From Eledone cirrhosa (Eukaryota): a DNA stretch of 64,000 nucleotides. Position numbers and translations under genes: made by a program. The stretch is from positions 308,450,001 through 308,514,000 of the forward strand of contig OZ024740.1 in NCBI GenBank assembly GCA_964016885.1, read 5' to 3'. Positions 49,951-64,000 of this stretch are shown one piece after another; positions within the stretch are counted from its first letter, which is position 1; each line of letters starts with the position of its first letter. The notes beneath the pieces were generated by a model. It made no database searches. It saw nothing but the letters and a program-made list of their open reading frames with translations, and had not been told where the DNA came from.

Positions 49951-51329
49951 TAACACCCTGTTTCATACTATCATCGCTAACAATGACAAACACCCCAAGC
50001 AACATCAAGAACATGAAAACCAACACCACAACTGCCAGAACCATCAAAATCAAAACTAAGAATGAGAAAACACTAATATACCAATGCACAACATTATCAC
50101 ATCCTTCATCAACCATAACACTCTCACCGCCGTATATCCTCACCATCATCATCAATCACAGCTAGATATGTTATCTTGAAATGAAACTAAGTTTGTTTGG
50201 GTATGTGAGAGTGTGTATGTGCAATATCTGATAACAGCAGTGAAGATAACCTAAATTTGAAACCTGATCTTTAAATCATTGTCTACTACTACTATATAGT
50301 AGAACTAGATTGTACCTAGGTCATGTTAGATTTGAGTGGTAAGTGTCCCCTGTTAGCTAGAGGGTAGGTAGATGAGTCCAGGTTAAATTAAGCATGAGAT
50401 GTGGAAATGTGCCAGAGTTTATATATCTGCTGCTTGTTATGAGGGTGGTAAATTTGTCTAGTTTAGAGTTGGGGATGTGGGAAAGGAATGTACTTGGCTT
50501 GTGCTTCCTTCATAATTTAGAGTGTGCCTGGGCCATGTTTGATCTTTTTTTAATACCCCTGTTCTTCAGTGGGGGAAAGGCAGTGCCAATGGCCAGCTAT
50601 TTTTCAGGGTCTGAAAAACTGATAGGAGAAAGGGAGGAAGTTATCTATAAATTAGAGCTTAGACCAAAATGCAGGCACCAGAGTGGACTTCACTAAAGGC
50701 CTAAAAAGAAACAGCTGATAGTGTTGAGCTGGTTGATGGATTAAGTCTACCACCCAAAAGAGTCAGAACAGATACTGTAAGGCATCTCATTTGCTAATTC
50801 ACCACTTGATTATGGTACAATGTGTGCCTAAAGGATAAAGACACTCTTCGGTCATGAATGACCCTGGGATTTGCACCTAGAAAGGTCGCCTCTAAGACAC
50901 AAGTCAGGGCAAGGATGTTTGGGGAAGACCAGCAGTTGCCCATGCATACCAGTCACCCCTTTCCACACCACAGATGTTGTCCAAGGGAAAAGCAAAGGCT
51001 CTGACTCATTTTTACAGCTGAGTGAACTGAAGCAATGTGAAATAAAATGTCTTGCTCAAAGACACATCACATAGCATGGATACATGAATCAAACTCACAA
51101 CCTCATTATTGTAAGTTCTCAAATGATTAAGCCATATGTCTTCATGTGTGTGCCTAGGTCATGCTAAATATGTAAAAGAAATGTACTTGGGCCAGGTTTG
51201 CTATGGGACAGGGAATTTGCTATAGATTGTGTGTAGGGATTGCTAGCTATAGAGCAGGGAGCATGCCTGAGGTTAAAGAGTTAGGGAGCATGTCTGCTTG
51301 CATGTGTGCTTGGGTCATACAGACTAAGG

Positions 51330-51700
51330 GGTGAGTCTGTATCATGGACTATGTTCTTTTGTTGTACATAAGATTAGGATCATACAGACAATGTTCAAGG
51401 AGGCTGCTTGTGTTATACAGCATGTGGTGGGTGGGGGTAGAGGGGTCAAGCTTGTGTATATCAGGCTATTGTGGTTGTTTTGGGAGAGCATGGGTGTCAT
51501 ACAGACTATAGTATGGGGGTGGAAGGGTTGTGTCATATAGACTATTGTGTGGAGGTGGCAGGGTTGTGTTATATAGACTAGTGTGGAGGTGGCAGGGTTG
51601 TGTTATATAGACTATAGTGTGTGTGTGGGGGGGGGGCATGGTTATGTCATATAGACTATAGTGTTTTGTGAAGTGGACATACTTGTGTCATACTGACTTT
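51330..51700. repeat. Degenerate ~35-40-bp minisatellite (gtcatatagactatagtgtggaggtggcagggtt)
   Basis: About 8-9 visible units. Confidence 0.7.
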
Positions 51701-53369
51701 AACACACAGAACTCCAAGATTTAAAATGGTATAAACCAGAAGAGAGGTGATATAAAATCATGGCTACTAGATACCCTTTACATTGTAAACAATCCCCACC
51801 ATCACACACATATACATAATTCACTAAGCTAACTACAATATCACTTCCCCAGACATCAGCTTCAGTACTATATACCTAGTTACAACTTCCTCAGATCATC
51901 TACGACTTATCAAGCCAACACACTTGCACATTAATTAAAATTCCCCCACCAAAAAGCACAATGAAATGAGTTTCCTCAATAAACAGAATCAACGTTTTTA
52001 AAATGCCAGTCGTCAACATAGACACTGTAGCACATGCATGTATGTATGGTCTCATAAGTCCTGATGGAGTCGTAGAGGTACCATATTGACATACAACGTT
52101 TCTTGGGCATTTTAAGCCTGGCAGAGCCCATCACTCTTCAGGCTTGAGTACAGCAGATTTCTTCCAGAGAAAGATAGAAAGTGAGAGCGAGGAAATGAGA
52201 AAGAGATATAGAGGAAGAATCTACCCCAGTACTAGGCCGGTACTTTTTTTTTTATCGACCTCGAAAGGATGAAAGGCAAAGTTGACCTTGGCAGGATTTG
52301 AACTCAGAGAGCAGAGGGCTGGAACGAATACCATAAAACATTCTATCTGACATTCTAATCATTCTACCAATTCGCTGCGTAACTGTAGCACATACATTCA
52401 ACACAATAACTGGAAGCTCATTAAAAATCATATCCTGCAAGGCAACATAAAAAAATTCAAATAAACCATGACATACCAGAAATTACCAGCAGAAATAAAA
52501 CTCAGTACAGGATAAAAAGAGAAAGAGAGAAAAAAAGTAGAAGTATGGTTTCAGACTGCTTGCAGTTAGCCCAAAATGAGTACAGAAACCATAAACATAA
52601 AATATAGCAACAATATTTCAGTGGAATTTTTGCAAGATATTATTTAGCTTTGCATTCACAGAAAAGAGCTATGGCCATTTTGGGGGAATAGAATCGAAAG
52701 TTCTAGAAAACAAAGACGTGAGACTGTTATGCGACTTTTCTGTACATAACAAAATGAAAATACCTACTTTCCTATACAGTCAGATCTGCCCTTCTTTACC
52801 CCTCCGCCCTTTTTGTAAATTACTTAATTTTGTTTTTATCCCTTTTTTTAAATACTTCCATCACTGTCTAACTTCTTTTTGTAAAATATAGTTGACATAA
52901 TATATTTATGTATAACAGATAACAAAATAAATTGTTCGTTATACGCCGGATATTGTAGTTGTTGAGAAGGAAAAAAGTGTGCTGCCTGGTAATTGACATA
53001 GCAAGACTATTTGATACACAGTTTAACAAAAAACAAACGAGAGAGAGGAGGGACATTACACTGACTTGAAATATGAAATCTTCAAGTGATAGAAAAAAAA
53101 AGAAGTTGGCAGCATTATTAACTTGCCAATTGTCATCCGAGTCTTGGGAATTGTGAGAAAAAATTTGTAAGTAAACATTTGAACACTAGGCTTTAATCTG
53201 GGAGTTGATGTTAAACAGATAGGTTGTTTCATTGGACTTGCAATAATCTAGAATGCTTTTAAGTGTAGCAGAATAAACAGACTGTAGACATTTTTACTAT
53301 GATGACAGTCCGAATGATAATATAGTTAAACTATCATCGCCTCCATCTCTCTCGACCTCCCCATCTCTC

Positions 53370-53650
53370 TGTATGGTGAGCAAATGAGGTCCCACGTGCT
53401 GGCCTCCCCACAGCCCCGGCGGACAGAATGGAGAAGGCGTTTCCCCAGAGAATGGTAAGGGAGATGCGCTGGAAAAGCCATTCCATCTCGCGAGGCTCAT
53501 ACCTGCGGCTGGCCAGCTCAGCGCCTATGGTGGTAAATAGGGCGGTAGCCCTAGGGCCAAAGACACCAGAAGTCTCCACTGCCAAGGGCACGACCACAAA
53601 CCTGTCGAAGAGCGAACGATACTTGGAGAGTTTGCCCTCCTCAGCCCGAA
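53370..53650 (-). pseudogene. CRE-clade non-LTR retrotransposon C-terminal (restriction-like endonuclease) fragment
   Basis: AEEGKLSKY...VPLAVETSGVFGPRA...LFQRISLTILWGNA, the typical K..KY / P.AVET.G / QR.S..I..GNA motifs. Confidence 0.75.
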
Positions 53651-56485
53651 AAAATCTTTGACACAAAGTGAGGAAGCTATGGATAATGTAGAAAAACCTT
53701 AATAGGCGAATGGACAAGAAAGCTTCTCATCTTAAACCATGGTTTGTAGCCCAAAGGAATGTACTCTCGGGTCTCAAATAATAGGAGGGGGTATGTGGAA
53801 AAAAAATCTGAAAAATTAATAAGCGGGAGGGGAGGAGGATTAATCGAGACCTGAGCGTACTTACACTGGCTAAAACATCAGTGTAAAAACAAGAATAATA
53901 ATTGTTTCTACTTTTGGCACAAGGCCAGCAATTATCTCAGTGCATTACTGGTACTTTATTTTATCGACCCCGTAAGGATGAAAGGCAAAGTTTGAACTCA
54001 GGCCGAAAAGGGACGTAACTCCATGCGGCAAAGCATGGCCTCCGACTCTCTACCGATACTGCCAGATAAGAAGAATAAGTTAGAGAAAAACAAAGTTGGC
54101 AAACATATTTAGCATAAACCATAAAACTAACAGTAATCAGCAGCAGCAGCAACAACAACAGCAGCAGCTGCGACAACAGTATCAGCAACAATAACAACAA
54201 TAGCATTAGCAACAACAGTATCAGCAACAATAACAACAGCAATAACAACATAAGCAGGAGCAACAACAACAACAAAACGGTTACCCTCCCCGTCCCCCTC
54301 ATATTACAATAACAACCTCAAATAATGTATTTACATGGCAACATAAAGCAACTGCTCATATGAGACATTTCTCGAAAATCAACCACCAAAACCTCGCAAA
54401 ATGAACATAAAACGAAAAACACCCATTTTCACCCTCACGTCTCTGAGACTGACTTTCACCCTGAAATACAGATCTTTGTTGAATGATGCATTCTTCACCA
54501 GGGAATTGTCTACCCCGTTTCCTGGCGGGTACGAAGTCTACTCTTGGGTCCCGAATAATTACCCCTCTCCCCACCATCCTTTATTCATTTTTCAGATACA
54601 CCCCCACCCAATTATTAAATTTTGCTAATCTATCTCCGACGAAATTTTATTTTAAGTGGTAGCATTCCTGCGACAATTAATTTCTTTATACATTAAAAGA
54701 ACATTATACATGACAAAAAAGTACATCACTAGAAATCCCATATATTATAAAATACATAGGATGGGTTGAGGTCTCAATATGTAAACTAAACGACTAATTC
54801 TGTTTTGTTTTTTAATCAACGGAGACAACCTAGAAAAATTACCGATTCTCCCCCCCCCCCATTTATTCTAACACCTCCACTTATTTGCCCCCCCCCCCCC
54901 ATTATTTGGGACTTGAGAGTAGCCTTGCATGCTTAACTGAGCAGCAGGTGATTAGGTAACTGGTCGGTTTCCTGATGTGTGTTGTAAATATTGATCTCAG
55001 AACTTTATAAGCCTTTAATTCCTCATTATTAGTACGAGTCGTTAAGGCACCGGATGGAATGCTTTACGATATTCGCCCCACCTCTTTGCACGCTCTGAGT
55101 TCAAATCCCGCCCTGGTCAACTTTGCCTTTCATCCTTTCGAGGTAAAAAAAAAAGAAATACCTGTCAAGAAACTGGAGTGGATTCGACCTGTATAGAAAA
55201 AAAAAATCGCTGTGTTCAGACCTAGAGAGGGTTGGGTTCTGCCAAGTTTGAAAGTACCCTAGACACGCCGCATGACGGTGCCTCTATGACTCCACAAGGA
55301 GTTATGGGATCTTTAGCCTATCCAATAGGCTCCATGTACAAGGGGGAAGCCATCGTGGTTTTGCCTAACATGCCAATGAAAGTTACTAGTCTTAATAACG
55401 AGGTCATTGTCCGCCATTCTTTGTTGAGATAGTTAGCAAAAGATCACAGAAGCGGTCTTTTTATTTATCTGTCAGTCTTGATTGTGATACATATGTAAAG
55501 ATCACTGTTGCTGTCATGTTGCCTATGATTACTCTAAGCCAAAATATTTTGTCACTCACCCTCACTACCTTAATGTTACTGCCCCGCTTAAAGAAATGAA
55601 CAAACAAACCAAAATGGTGTTTAGCTGGAATATCCGCTGATCACTCTTTATAAGAGAAAATGTGGATAAGGAGAAAATTCCAGAAAAATACAGTTCTAAA
55701 AGCCTAAACACCGTCTCGACCTTGTCGTCGAGTCTGTCATCCTCTCCCCTTCCTCCTCTCTTTCTTCCGTGACCCTCCCTTTCCTCTCATTTATGGCATT
55801 AATAGCTATTAAAAGAAAAGTACCAGTTAGTCAAAAATTGGCGCATGTAAACTCGTCAGAACTCGTTTATTTAAAGAAATAAAAAAGAATTTTGCATCAT
55901 ATAAATAGAAAATACTCGTACATGTAAACAAAAATGTAAAAAAAAAAAAACAAGTTGACATGATTGAGCAAAACCAATGTGATTTTTGGATTCAGCACAT
56001 CAAAATTGTCCTAATTCAGCTAAAAAAAAGTTCGACAATAAATTTGGTGTTGGCCAGTGTTGTCTTTTCCTTTACTTACCTATACAGCCGGATCTGCCCT
56101 TCTTTACTCCTTTCTCCTTTTTGTCATTACTAATTTCTTTGTTTTTATCTTTTCATTTTATATTTCCATCATTGTATAAATTCTGTCTGTAAAATATAGT
56201 TGACATAATATGTTTATGCATAATTTAACACTTTTATTCTAAGTCAACTCACTATTAAAAGAAGCAGGGTGAAATTTTGTATAAGATCCCGAAAGTGGGA
56301 CATGGTAATGATAACGGGAGAAATAAGAAACGCGTGGGTCAGGTGGAAAAGTCTATTTGATACCCAGACGTTTACAAAGGGATCTGTAGCGGCATAATGT
56401 TGACTCTCTATACATGATTGATGATTAGGTGTCACAATGTTGTTGTTTTGTCTCGGGTCAGCTCCGATTGAACAGAATCTTTGAG

Positions 56486-58550
56486 CAATGGCGGCTCGTG
56501 TATAGCCTCTGCAGCACCATCTATTTTCACTCCATATTATCGATAACTTTCAATATAATGAGTCTTTTTTTCTTTCTTTATAATTATACATTATATAACC
56601 CTTAATGTCAATAGTTCATGAAAAATTACAAAAATCCTTGTATGGAACTGTGAGCTTTACAGTTCCAACGATGCAGTATTTGGCTGTTGTGCGCATGCGT
56701 ACATATCCAAGGACAGAAGCTGAACGTTGGTTAGAGAGAGCACTGGCGCTCACGCAGTGCCGACCCTGTTCTCTGGGTGTAAGGTAGTGGTCACCGTGTG
56801 TTGTGCTTAAAAACCGTGTACCTTGTTCTTGAATGTGATAAACTGTAGATGATTATCATGCTTCCAGCTATTCTATTTAACTCGTTGTTTTCTTGTACAC
56901 AAAATTTAAATAATTTAACCATGACCTCCTTGCATCCCCAAGAAATAAGTTTTGTGACAGTAAGTGAACTTCAACAGCTTAAGTTTTCACGGTTGTCTCT
57001 CCATGAGAAAGTTGCAGTTAAGTAAAAGGCCGTTCAACACCTGATATTCAAATATCTCAGCCAGGTATAAGTAACAACAATATTCGTAGCTTTAATTCTG
57101 AATGGTACCAACGGAAAAGTTGACTGTGAAGTGAAAAATGCATGGTTTTATTTCTCGTGTTAGCTGTTTGGAGGTGTTGTAACATGGGTAAAAGATGGTT
57201 TTAGAAATATAAACAAAATGAAAGAAAAATACTGAAAAAACATGAGAAGTCAAAGAAGCATATTGAAAATGTGATTTCACTGTCACTTTTAGGAAACGTA
57301 AATATTAAGGAGAAACCTGGTGAGATATACAGACTTTCAATCAATGAGCATTACATGAAGGTTAAAAGAGACCTGAAATGTTATGCCGCAAGTATTACAC
57401 GGATCGCAAGAATATTTTTCTCTAACATTTTGGCTATTCTAACATTTTCCTCAAGATCACCACAACGTTTATCCATTCTCAAGAAGCATATGTACGTCAG
57501 CATTCCACTTCCATTCTCTATAAGGTGGAAATTTAACATACGGACCGTGAACAGATTTCATGAAAATTTGCAACCATTAAAAAGCTGCTTTACTGAAATT
57601 GAGTCAACATTAAATGCAAATCAAACCATTGCAGAAGCAACAGGAATTTTAAAATACCTGAATGATGATAATTTCATATTTTAGTCAGAGCTTTTTCATC
57701 AGATTATAAGATTTTCATTAGATTCATAAGTCAATGAATATATAACAGATTTCAAAACTGCTATTTTAGAAATAAGAAACCCGAAGTACTGTGACAATCC
57801 TTGAAAGACACTCATGGCAAAAGCAAAGGAAGTGTGTGACTGCATATGTGTTGATATAATGGACAGATATTCTTCCACTAAGCACTTAGTAGCTGCTAAA
57901 TTGTTAACAAGAAAAGCTTCATTAGTTTTAAGAATAAGCTGCCTACAGAAGAGATAGTACTGACCACTGAAGCATATCCCATGATTGACAAGCTGGAAAC
58001 TGAACTAAAAGTATTTTATTGTAGATCCGATGTACATGAATATTGCAAATTAGTTGAGCTGTTGAAATTCATCTTGGAAAATAATCTAGATAGTGTTCTT
58101 AGTGAAATTACGAAACTGATAAAAATCCTCTTGACAATTCCCATGACTACATCATAGCCAGAATGCTGCTTTTTAACACTGAAAAGAATAAAAACTTTTC
58201 TAAGGAACACTATGAATCCTGAGAAATTAAATGCACTTGCAGTGCTTTCAACGGAGAAAACTTTCCTCAACAGTCATCTAGGGATCAAGGAGAAAATTGT
58301 TAACCTTTTCGCTCAAATCAAAACAAGAACAATGGATTTCATTATAAAATGAATGGATCAAGCTTGAACTGTAACAATTTATTAGTAAGTAAAAAATATA
58401 TATATATATATATATTTCGTTTAGGATTTTATCAAGTTTATGAATAAATTTTCATTTTAGGTTTGTTTTGTTTTACACAATATTAAAACAATGACTAAAC
58501 ATGTCTCAAGCAGCACCCCTCCCCTTTATTTTAACCACGAGCCGCCACTG
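56486..58550 (+). mobile_element. hAT-superfamily DNA transposon with decayed transposase
   Basis: 15-bp TIRs ca(a/g)tggcggctcgtg. 8-bp TSD tctttgag (56478-56485) / tctttaag (58551-58558). Remnants FSSRSPQR, IRW.F..RTV, and the dimerization domain LLTIPMTTS*PECCF.TLKRIKTFLRNTM...LNALAVLS. Confidence 0.9.
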
Positions 58551-58929
58551 TCTTTAAGCAAAGGGATGCCAGCCGTGAATATGTTGTCTTGTATATCTAC
58601 AACTAGATTGTCGAATGTATTCTTTCTTTATTTAAGACGGTATGACGAGATTTGATAGACATTCGCTTACTATTTCTAGCAGGCTGAGTAACTACTCAGA
58701 GGCTTGTGCAAGGGATATATTGGAATTTTATAGCTGCCAATTAGCTTCTTCTTCTTCTTGGCATAGAGTTATGGTCATTTACGTTCAAATCCCAACGAGG
58801 TTAACTCTGCCTTTCATCCTTAAGGGTCGATAAATCAAGCACCAGTAATGCACAGGAGTCGATTTAATCGACTTGTCCCTCCCCCAAAATTGTTAGCCTT
58901 GTGCCAAAAGTAGAAACAATTATTATTAA

Positions 58930-60520
58930 TGGTAGGGTCATGGGGGCAGAGTTCCCAAGCACGCCTCCAGCGGGTCCTGTCAAAGTCGACTGTTTGGATC
59001 CCCAAGCGTGACCAGCCGAGCTCATGGATGTTATCCAAACATCTTGCTCGGTGTTTACCCGGTTGGTTTTGCCCTTTAAAATCTGTCCAGTGATTCTTTC
59101 CTTAGACATTCTGACCACATGTCCGTATTATAGGAGCTGTGATCTCTCAATCCGGAGAAGTATCAGCTCTGCCTGGAGTGACTCCCTCATCTCTGAGCTA
59201 AACACTCTATCGCGTGACGTTACTCCAAAGACTCTTTGGAGGAATCACATTTCGACTGCTTGCATTTGCGGCTGAACTGAAGATAGCCAATACCGAATTG
59301 AAGATAGTTTGGGGTTTATACCCACCTCTCTTCTTCTGATGACTGAATGCTGAAGCTCACGCATAATCCTGCTGTGCAGCACTCGGCAGCAAAGCTATCA
59401 AGTGCATGTCGGAGATCACTTTCCGCCGAGTTAGGTAACACCATGTCATCTGCAAATTCCAGCCGACTGATCCTGCTTTCACTAGTCTTGATACCACTTC
59501 TAAACCGGCTGCGTATATCAATCCTGTTCTAAAGATTATGAACAGGAGAGATGTCAGCATGCACCCTTGGCGGAGTCCAACACCCACATTGAACGGTTTC
59601 AGAGACTTCCGGGCAACACGACATTTTCTATCGATCCCAAAGCCTTCCACAACAAGTACCATGGAACGCGGTCATGTCTTTTCGAGGTCTACGAAACAAG
59701 CATACACCCTGTGGAAATACTCACACGATTTCCTGAAGACTTGCTGCTGTGTTCGCAGTTAGCTTGGACTCGACAATATCTATACATTTCTTTGCCAGAC
59801 ACTTAGCATTGACTTTATCGGGGAGGCTTAACAAGAGGTATTCCCTATAATTAGAACAAGCTCTCTTGTCTCATTTTTTAAAAATTGAGATTTTCACTCC
59901 CGATTGCCATTGCCTAGATGCCTTCCCAAAGACCCAGGCCACCCGGCATACACGAGTCAGCAAAAGAAATATTTTCTCTATTCAAACCTTTTAGCATTTC
60001 GGGCAGAATTTCATCCTCCTCAAATGCCTAGCCACATTTAAGCTCTTTAATTGCTCTGGTGACCCTAGATATTAGTCATGGCTCTTAAATGTACCTAAAG
60101 TACATCAGAAAATGTTCTGACCGAGCTTAGGAGATCAGTAAAGTATTATCTCCACCCCATGAGGATGCATCTCTTTGAAAAGAGACTCCTCTCCACACAC
60201 ACACACACACACCAGATGCGTTCCTGGTAGCAGGCGTGGAGGGCGAGTTCTTATTACGAAGTCGGTAGATGGTCTGCCAGAATACTCTATTATTGATGTA
60301 AATTCGGACTTCACCTTAACTCCGAAGTCTTTTCGCGCCTGCTTGCACACGTACAAGGACTTATTTCCAAACCAAGCTTTGTAAGCTTCCTTCTTAACTC
60401 GAATGGCATATTTTACCTCCTGATGAAACCACGGGGTCCTCTTATCACCCAGCGCCACATCAAGCCGATTTCGCCCGCAGCATTTAATGTCTGAATCAGT
60501 CTCCATTACGTTTCAATGTC
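58930..60520 (-). mobile_element. Decayed RTE-clade LINE remnant
   Basis: GVGLRQGCMLTSLLFIIF and RTPWFHQEVKYAIRVKKEAYKAW in minus-strand ORFs. Confidence 0.75.
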
Positions 60521-60569
60521 CAATGTCCTACCGATACCGCCCCTCCTGTCCTCGTAATAATAACAATCT

Positions 60570-61480
60570 TTTCTTTTATTGCCACAAGGGGACATTATTG
60601 GGTTAAGTTACCAAAAATGTAGGGTTTTATACAGAAATCAGAGGAATAAAAAAAAATGGATAGTATGCGCAGTATATAAATGTGTTATAGAATTCCCAGA
60701 GAGGAAGACCGTCACCTTGAGCCAATCAAGAATTACTACAAATCTAGAATTACCCTGACTACAAAGGGAAAGTTACACTCCCCAGTTGTCATTCCACAGC
60801 CTACAAGCGCATGCTACTACCAAGTACATTCACTGGAACAGTGTTTGCCACTCACCTATCTTTCAAAATATTTACTGGAGAAGACCGTATCAACTCTACC
60901 CCCTATCTCTTTATTTGAAATAAAATCGATAAGAACTTGGGAAGAAAATAGCGGACCCTAGTCGTTTCAGTCACGTCCATCACACAACCACTTTCGCTAT
61001 AACTACTAGACAGGAAAACTGCCTGTCTTTCTCGGCCAAAGGGAGGTGTCGGTGTGATCTTCATGGTCCATTAAACCGATAGTCGGATCCGTCCGACACT
61101 CAATAACAGCTGTTCGATAAATCTCTTCAATTCAGCAATGCTCTAACACTGAAAGACTGCGTGCAAAATGTTTTCGTTGCTCTGTGCTCATCTCAGACTG
61201 ACCCATCTGGGAGATTTTATCTCGAACTGGCAATCTCATCACCTCCACAGCCAAGCCAGGGATTTCTGAAAGTTATCTGTAGTCCCTAATATAGAAGTCC
61301 CCTGGAACGTACCAGCCAGGTGGTTCTTGTTGACGTCCAGATTTTCTTCCACACCACTAATCCTCCATAGAAAGCTAATATGAAAGTTCTACCAGGCGCA
61401 CTGCTCGACTTGTCGAGAGCTGTGAGCGCCTGATAACATTTCAGATACCAAGTGATCAGGCTTGATCTTCGTTTGACCCA
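60570..61480 (-). mobile_element. L1/Tx1-like LINE 3' remnant
   Basis: Minus-strand decayed zinc knuckle R*AQSNENILHAVFQC near 61145-61195 and an A-rich tail with AATAAA at ~60570-60582. Confidence 0.5.
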
Positions 61481-62200
61481 GGACTGCAATTCCAGAGAGA
61501 GAGAGAGTGGGGGTGATGTGAACAGACACGTGGAAGGAGGAATAGAGAGGGACAGGTGGAAAGGCTGTGGAAAAGGAGAGAGGTGAGAGGCGAAGATAAG
61601 CGTGTGGGAGGAGAAACGACACGGGAACAGAAGAGATAAACAGGGAGATGTTAAGAGAGGGAGAGAGAGAGGAATGTGATGTGATAAGAAATCTCACTCT
61701 TTTTCTTTCACACAAACATACACATATATAAGGGACGTAGTCAGTAAGCGATCGGAATAGTGAGAAAAAGTGACAAAAGACTCAATGAAGGAAAGCATTG
61801 CAATAATGGAAACATTTAGAGTGTGTGAGAAAGGGAGAGAGAGGGGAGATAGGGGTTAAAAGAAATAGGTGCAGAGAGGGAGAGGAATAATTGTGAAATA
61901 GACAGGTAGAAAATGCGCTGTAGAGGGAGAAAGACTAGAAAACACGTATATTCCATAAAACGGAGAATAAGAGGGAGGGGAAGGATTATAAAAAGAGGGA
62001 AAACAGAAACGACTAGTGTGAGTTATGTGATAAAGGTGGTGGTGTATGTGTGTGAGAGAGATAGATAGATAGAGAGAGAGAGATAAAACAGTAAGAGGGG
62101 GGAGAAAGGTATTAAATACCAGAAATAAAGTGAAAGAACACACACACATTTGGTTTGTCATTTGATTTAAATTATATATATATATACACACACACACACA

Positions 62201-62305
62201 ATTTAAAATAGAAATGGCTTCTACAAGACTAGAACTGTTTCATTCGAAGGAAATGTATTGAGTACTTTACTCACCGTGGTTACCCCCGTTTGAACACGGG
62301 ACTCA
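62201..62305. mobile_element. Internally deleted relative of the 14196-14855 Penelope-like palindromic element
   Basis: The left part matches 14201-14244 (ttctaca.gactagaactgtttcattc). The right part matches 14802-14850 (atgtattgagtac.ttact.ac.gtggttacc). Confidence 0.7.
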
Positions 62306-63468
62306 TATATATATATAATATATATATGAGAGAGAGAAGAGAACATGAGACTGTGGTAACAGCAGAGGCAGTAAAAGGAAGGAGCAGTGGTGTTATCTCC
62401 AGAGAGAGAGAGAAACAGCACCAACAGAACAGTATTGAGTGCAATACACATAAGAGATATGTAATAAACGGTAACGGCAATAGAACATCATGAAGAAGAG
62501 AGAAAGAATGAAAAGACGAGTGAATAAGTGTAGAAGAAAGAATGTTAGAGTGAAAAGACAAATGGTGACTCTAACAACAACAACCAAGAGTCCGAGTCAG
62601 CGAGTAAGCTTCTACATAGTTGTTTGATATGCTAGAAATAGCTGCCAAATCTCCATTAAATCGCACCTATCGGCTTTAAAATAAGTGTGGGGGAGGGGCA
62701 GATTCGATAATGTAGTCGTAGATACACTCAAAAAGACGGGATAGTCACGGCTGGAATATCTTTGATCATAGATCTGCTAAACATTAATCACCAGTAGTAA
62801 TATTGATAGGAATTGCTTAAATAGTTAATAGTGGCATTGCAGACAGTCTGTCTCTCTCTCTTATATATATATATTTGTGTGTGTGTGTGTGTGCGTATGT
62901 CTGGGAGGGTGTGTGTGCATACTATATAATGTATAACAAGACATGAAAGCGACCGTGCCGCCAACATTCCTTAATAGAAACAAAAACAATAAGAGAGAGA
63001 GAGAGAGAAAGAACTAGAAAGATTAACGTTACCAGCTCCTACAACAACAAAACTAACAAAAGACAAGCCACCAACGTTTTCCAACGTCACTAAAACCATG
63101 TAACACTGATAATATTAATAGCTAATAATAATTTTCATTATTTTTATTATTATTTTATATAATAATTAATCAATACGTGAATGAAGCGAATAAGTAGGTC
63201 CCCAATGATTAAACATTGGATTTCGACATTTGAAAAATAAAAAAAGCCATAAAAGATTTCCACGAAAAATCCATAGACACGACGAAATAGCATTTTAATA
63301 CATAAACCTTCATTGATTTTTGGTTGAAAGTTCTTTATATATATACATATTTTATCATTTTTCCAGGATTTCTCTTGTATTCAAATTTGTTTCATTAATC
63401 TATTATAAATTATATATAAATTACACACACACACACACACACATATATACACACAGACGCACACACAC

Positions 63469-63538
<70 letters not shown>

Positions 63539-64000
63539 ATATATATAAATACACACATATGTGTGTGTGAGCAATTTATGTAGATAAAATATATCAAAAA
63601 GAGTAACAAAGCAAGAAACTTATAAGATTACAACAGAGAGGCGAAGATTAACAACAAATATTACTACTGCTGCTATAACAACAACAACTACTGCTGCTGC
63701 TGTCGCCACTGCTGCTGCTGCAATACAACTATTAGTAGTAATATTACTACTACCGCTACCACATCTAGAAGTAGTGTAAGAGCAATAGTAGCAGCAGCAA
63801 CAAGAAGCAGAAGGGTCTTTAGTGTGCGTGTGATAAAGGACAGCTCCAGTAGTAAAATAAACATAAGAAGAACACTAGTAATAACGATTTGAACATTTGT
63901 AATAACTACAACAGTAGCATCAACAGTAGTAAACCCCTCCAGTCACTGTTTTAACAACCATCACCGCCCTCTTTTTTTGGCTTACTAAAAACAACCCGAC

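Noticed and set aside
53961-54302. Poly-Leu/poly-Gln ORF
   Set aside because: A (CAA/CAG)n low-complexity tract next to a SINE, with no splice or homology support. The same applies to 63640-63810.
57271-57684. ZMYM1-like host gene
   Set aside because: It lies inside TIRs and an 8-bp TSD and has many stops and deletions. It is a decayed hAT transposase.

Overview
AT-rich, microsatellite-rich animal genomic DNA. It is very probably octopus or another coleoid cephalopod, inferred from the repeat landscape (tRNA-derived SINEs, RTE LINEs, (TA)n/(CA)n/(GA)n tracts) and not proven. The only host gene I can support is the 3' part of PRPF6 (Prp6, U5 snRNP 102-kDa TPR/HAT splicing factor): 11 + strand exons from 7673 to the TGA at 27778, all GT-AG and phase-consistent, encoding about 415 C-terminal residues. 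The rest is transposon-derived. There are two nearly identical 5'-truncated RTE LINEs whose RT carries an embedded PHD finger, plus their partner SINEs. Rolling-circle and DNA elements include a frameshifted Helitron RepHel, several non-autonomous Helitrons (one head-to-tail junction), a DD37D mariner, a hAT, a Tc2/pogo-type element and MITEs. R4-, CRE-, L1/Tx1-, CR1- and RTE-type remnants and Penelope-like pLTR remnants are also present. The most notable structures are: (1) a perfect 297-bp-arm palindrome in a PRPF6 intron whose arms carry a type I hammerhead-ribozyme fold in sense and antisense; (2) further hammerhead-like motifs sharing an unusual U.U at the base of helix II; (3) a 123-bp inverted duplication at a LINE 5' junction that brackets a PRPF6 exon; (4) a ~1.3-kb CpG-rich 27-bp array of GCGCATGCGC (NRF1-type) palindromes between direct repeats next to the Helitron. 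All comparisons were made by eye, without alignment or database tools.
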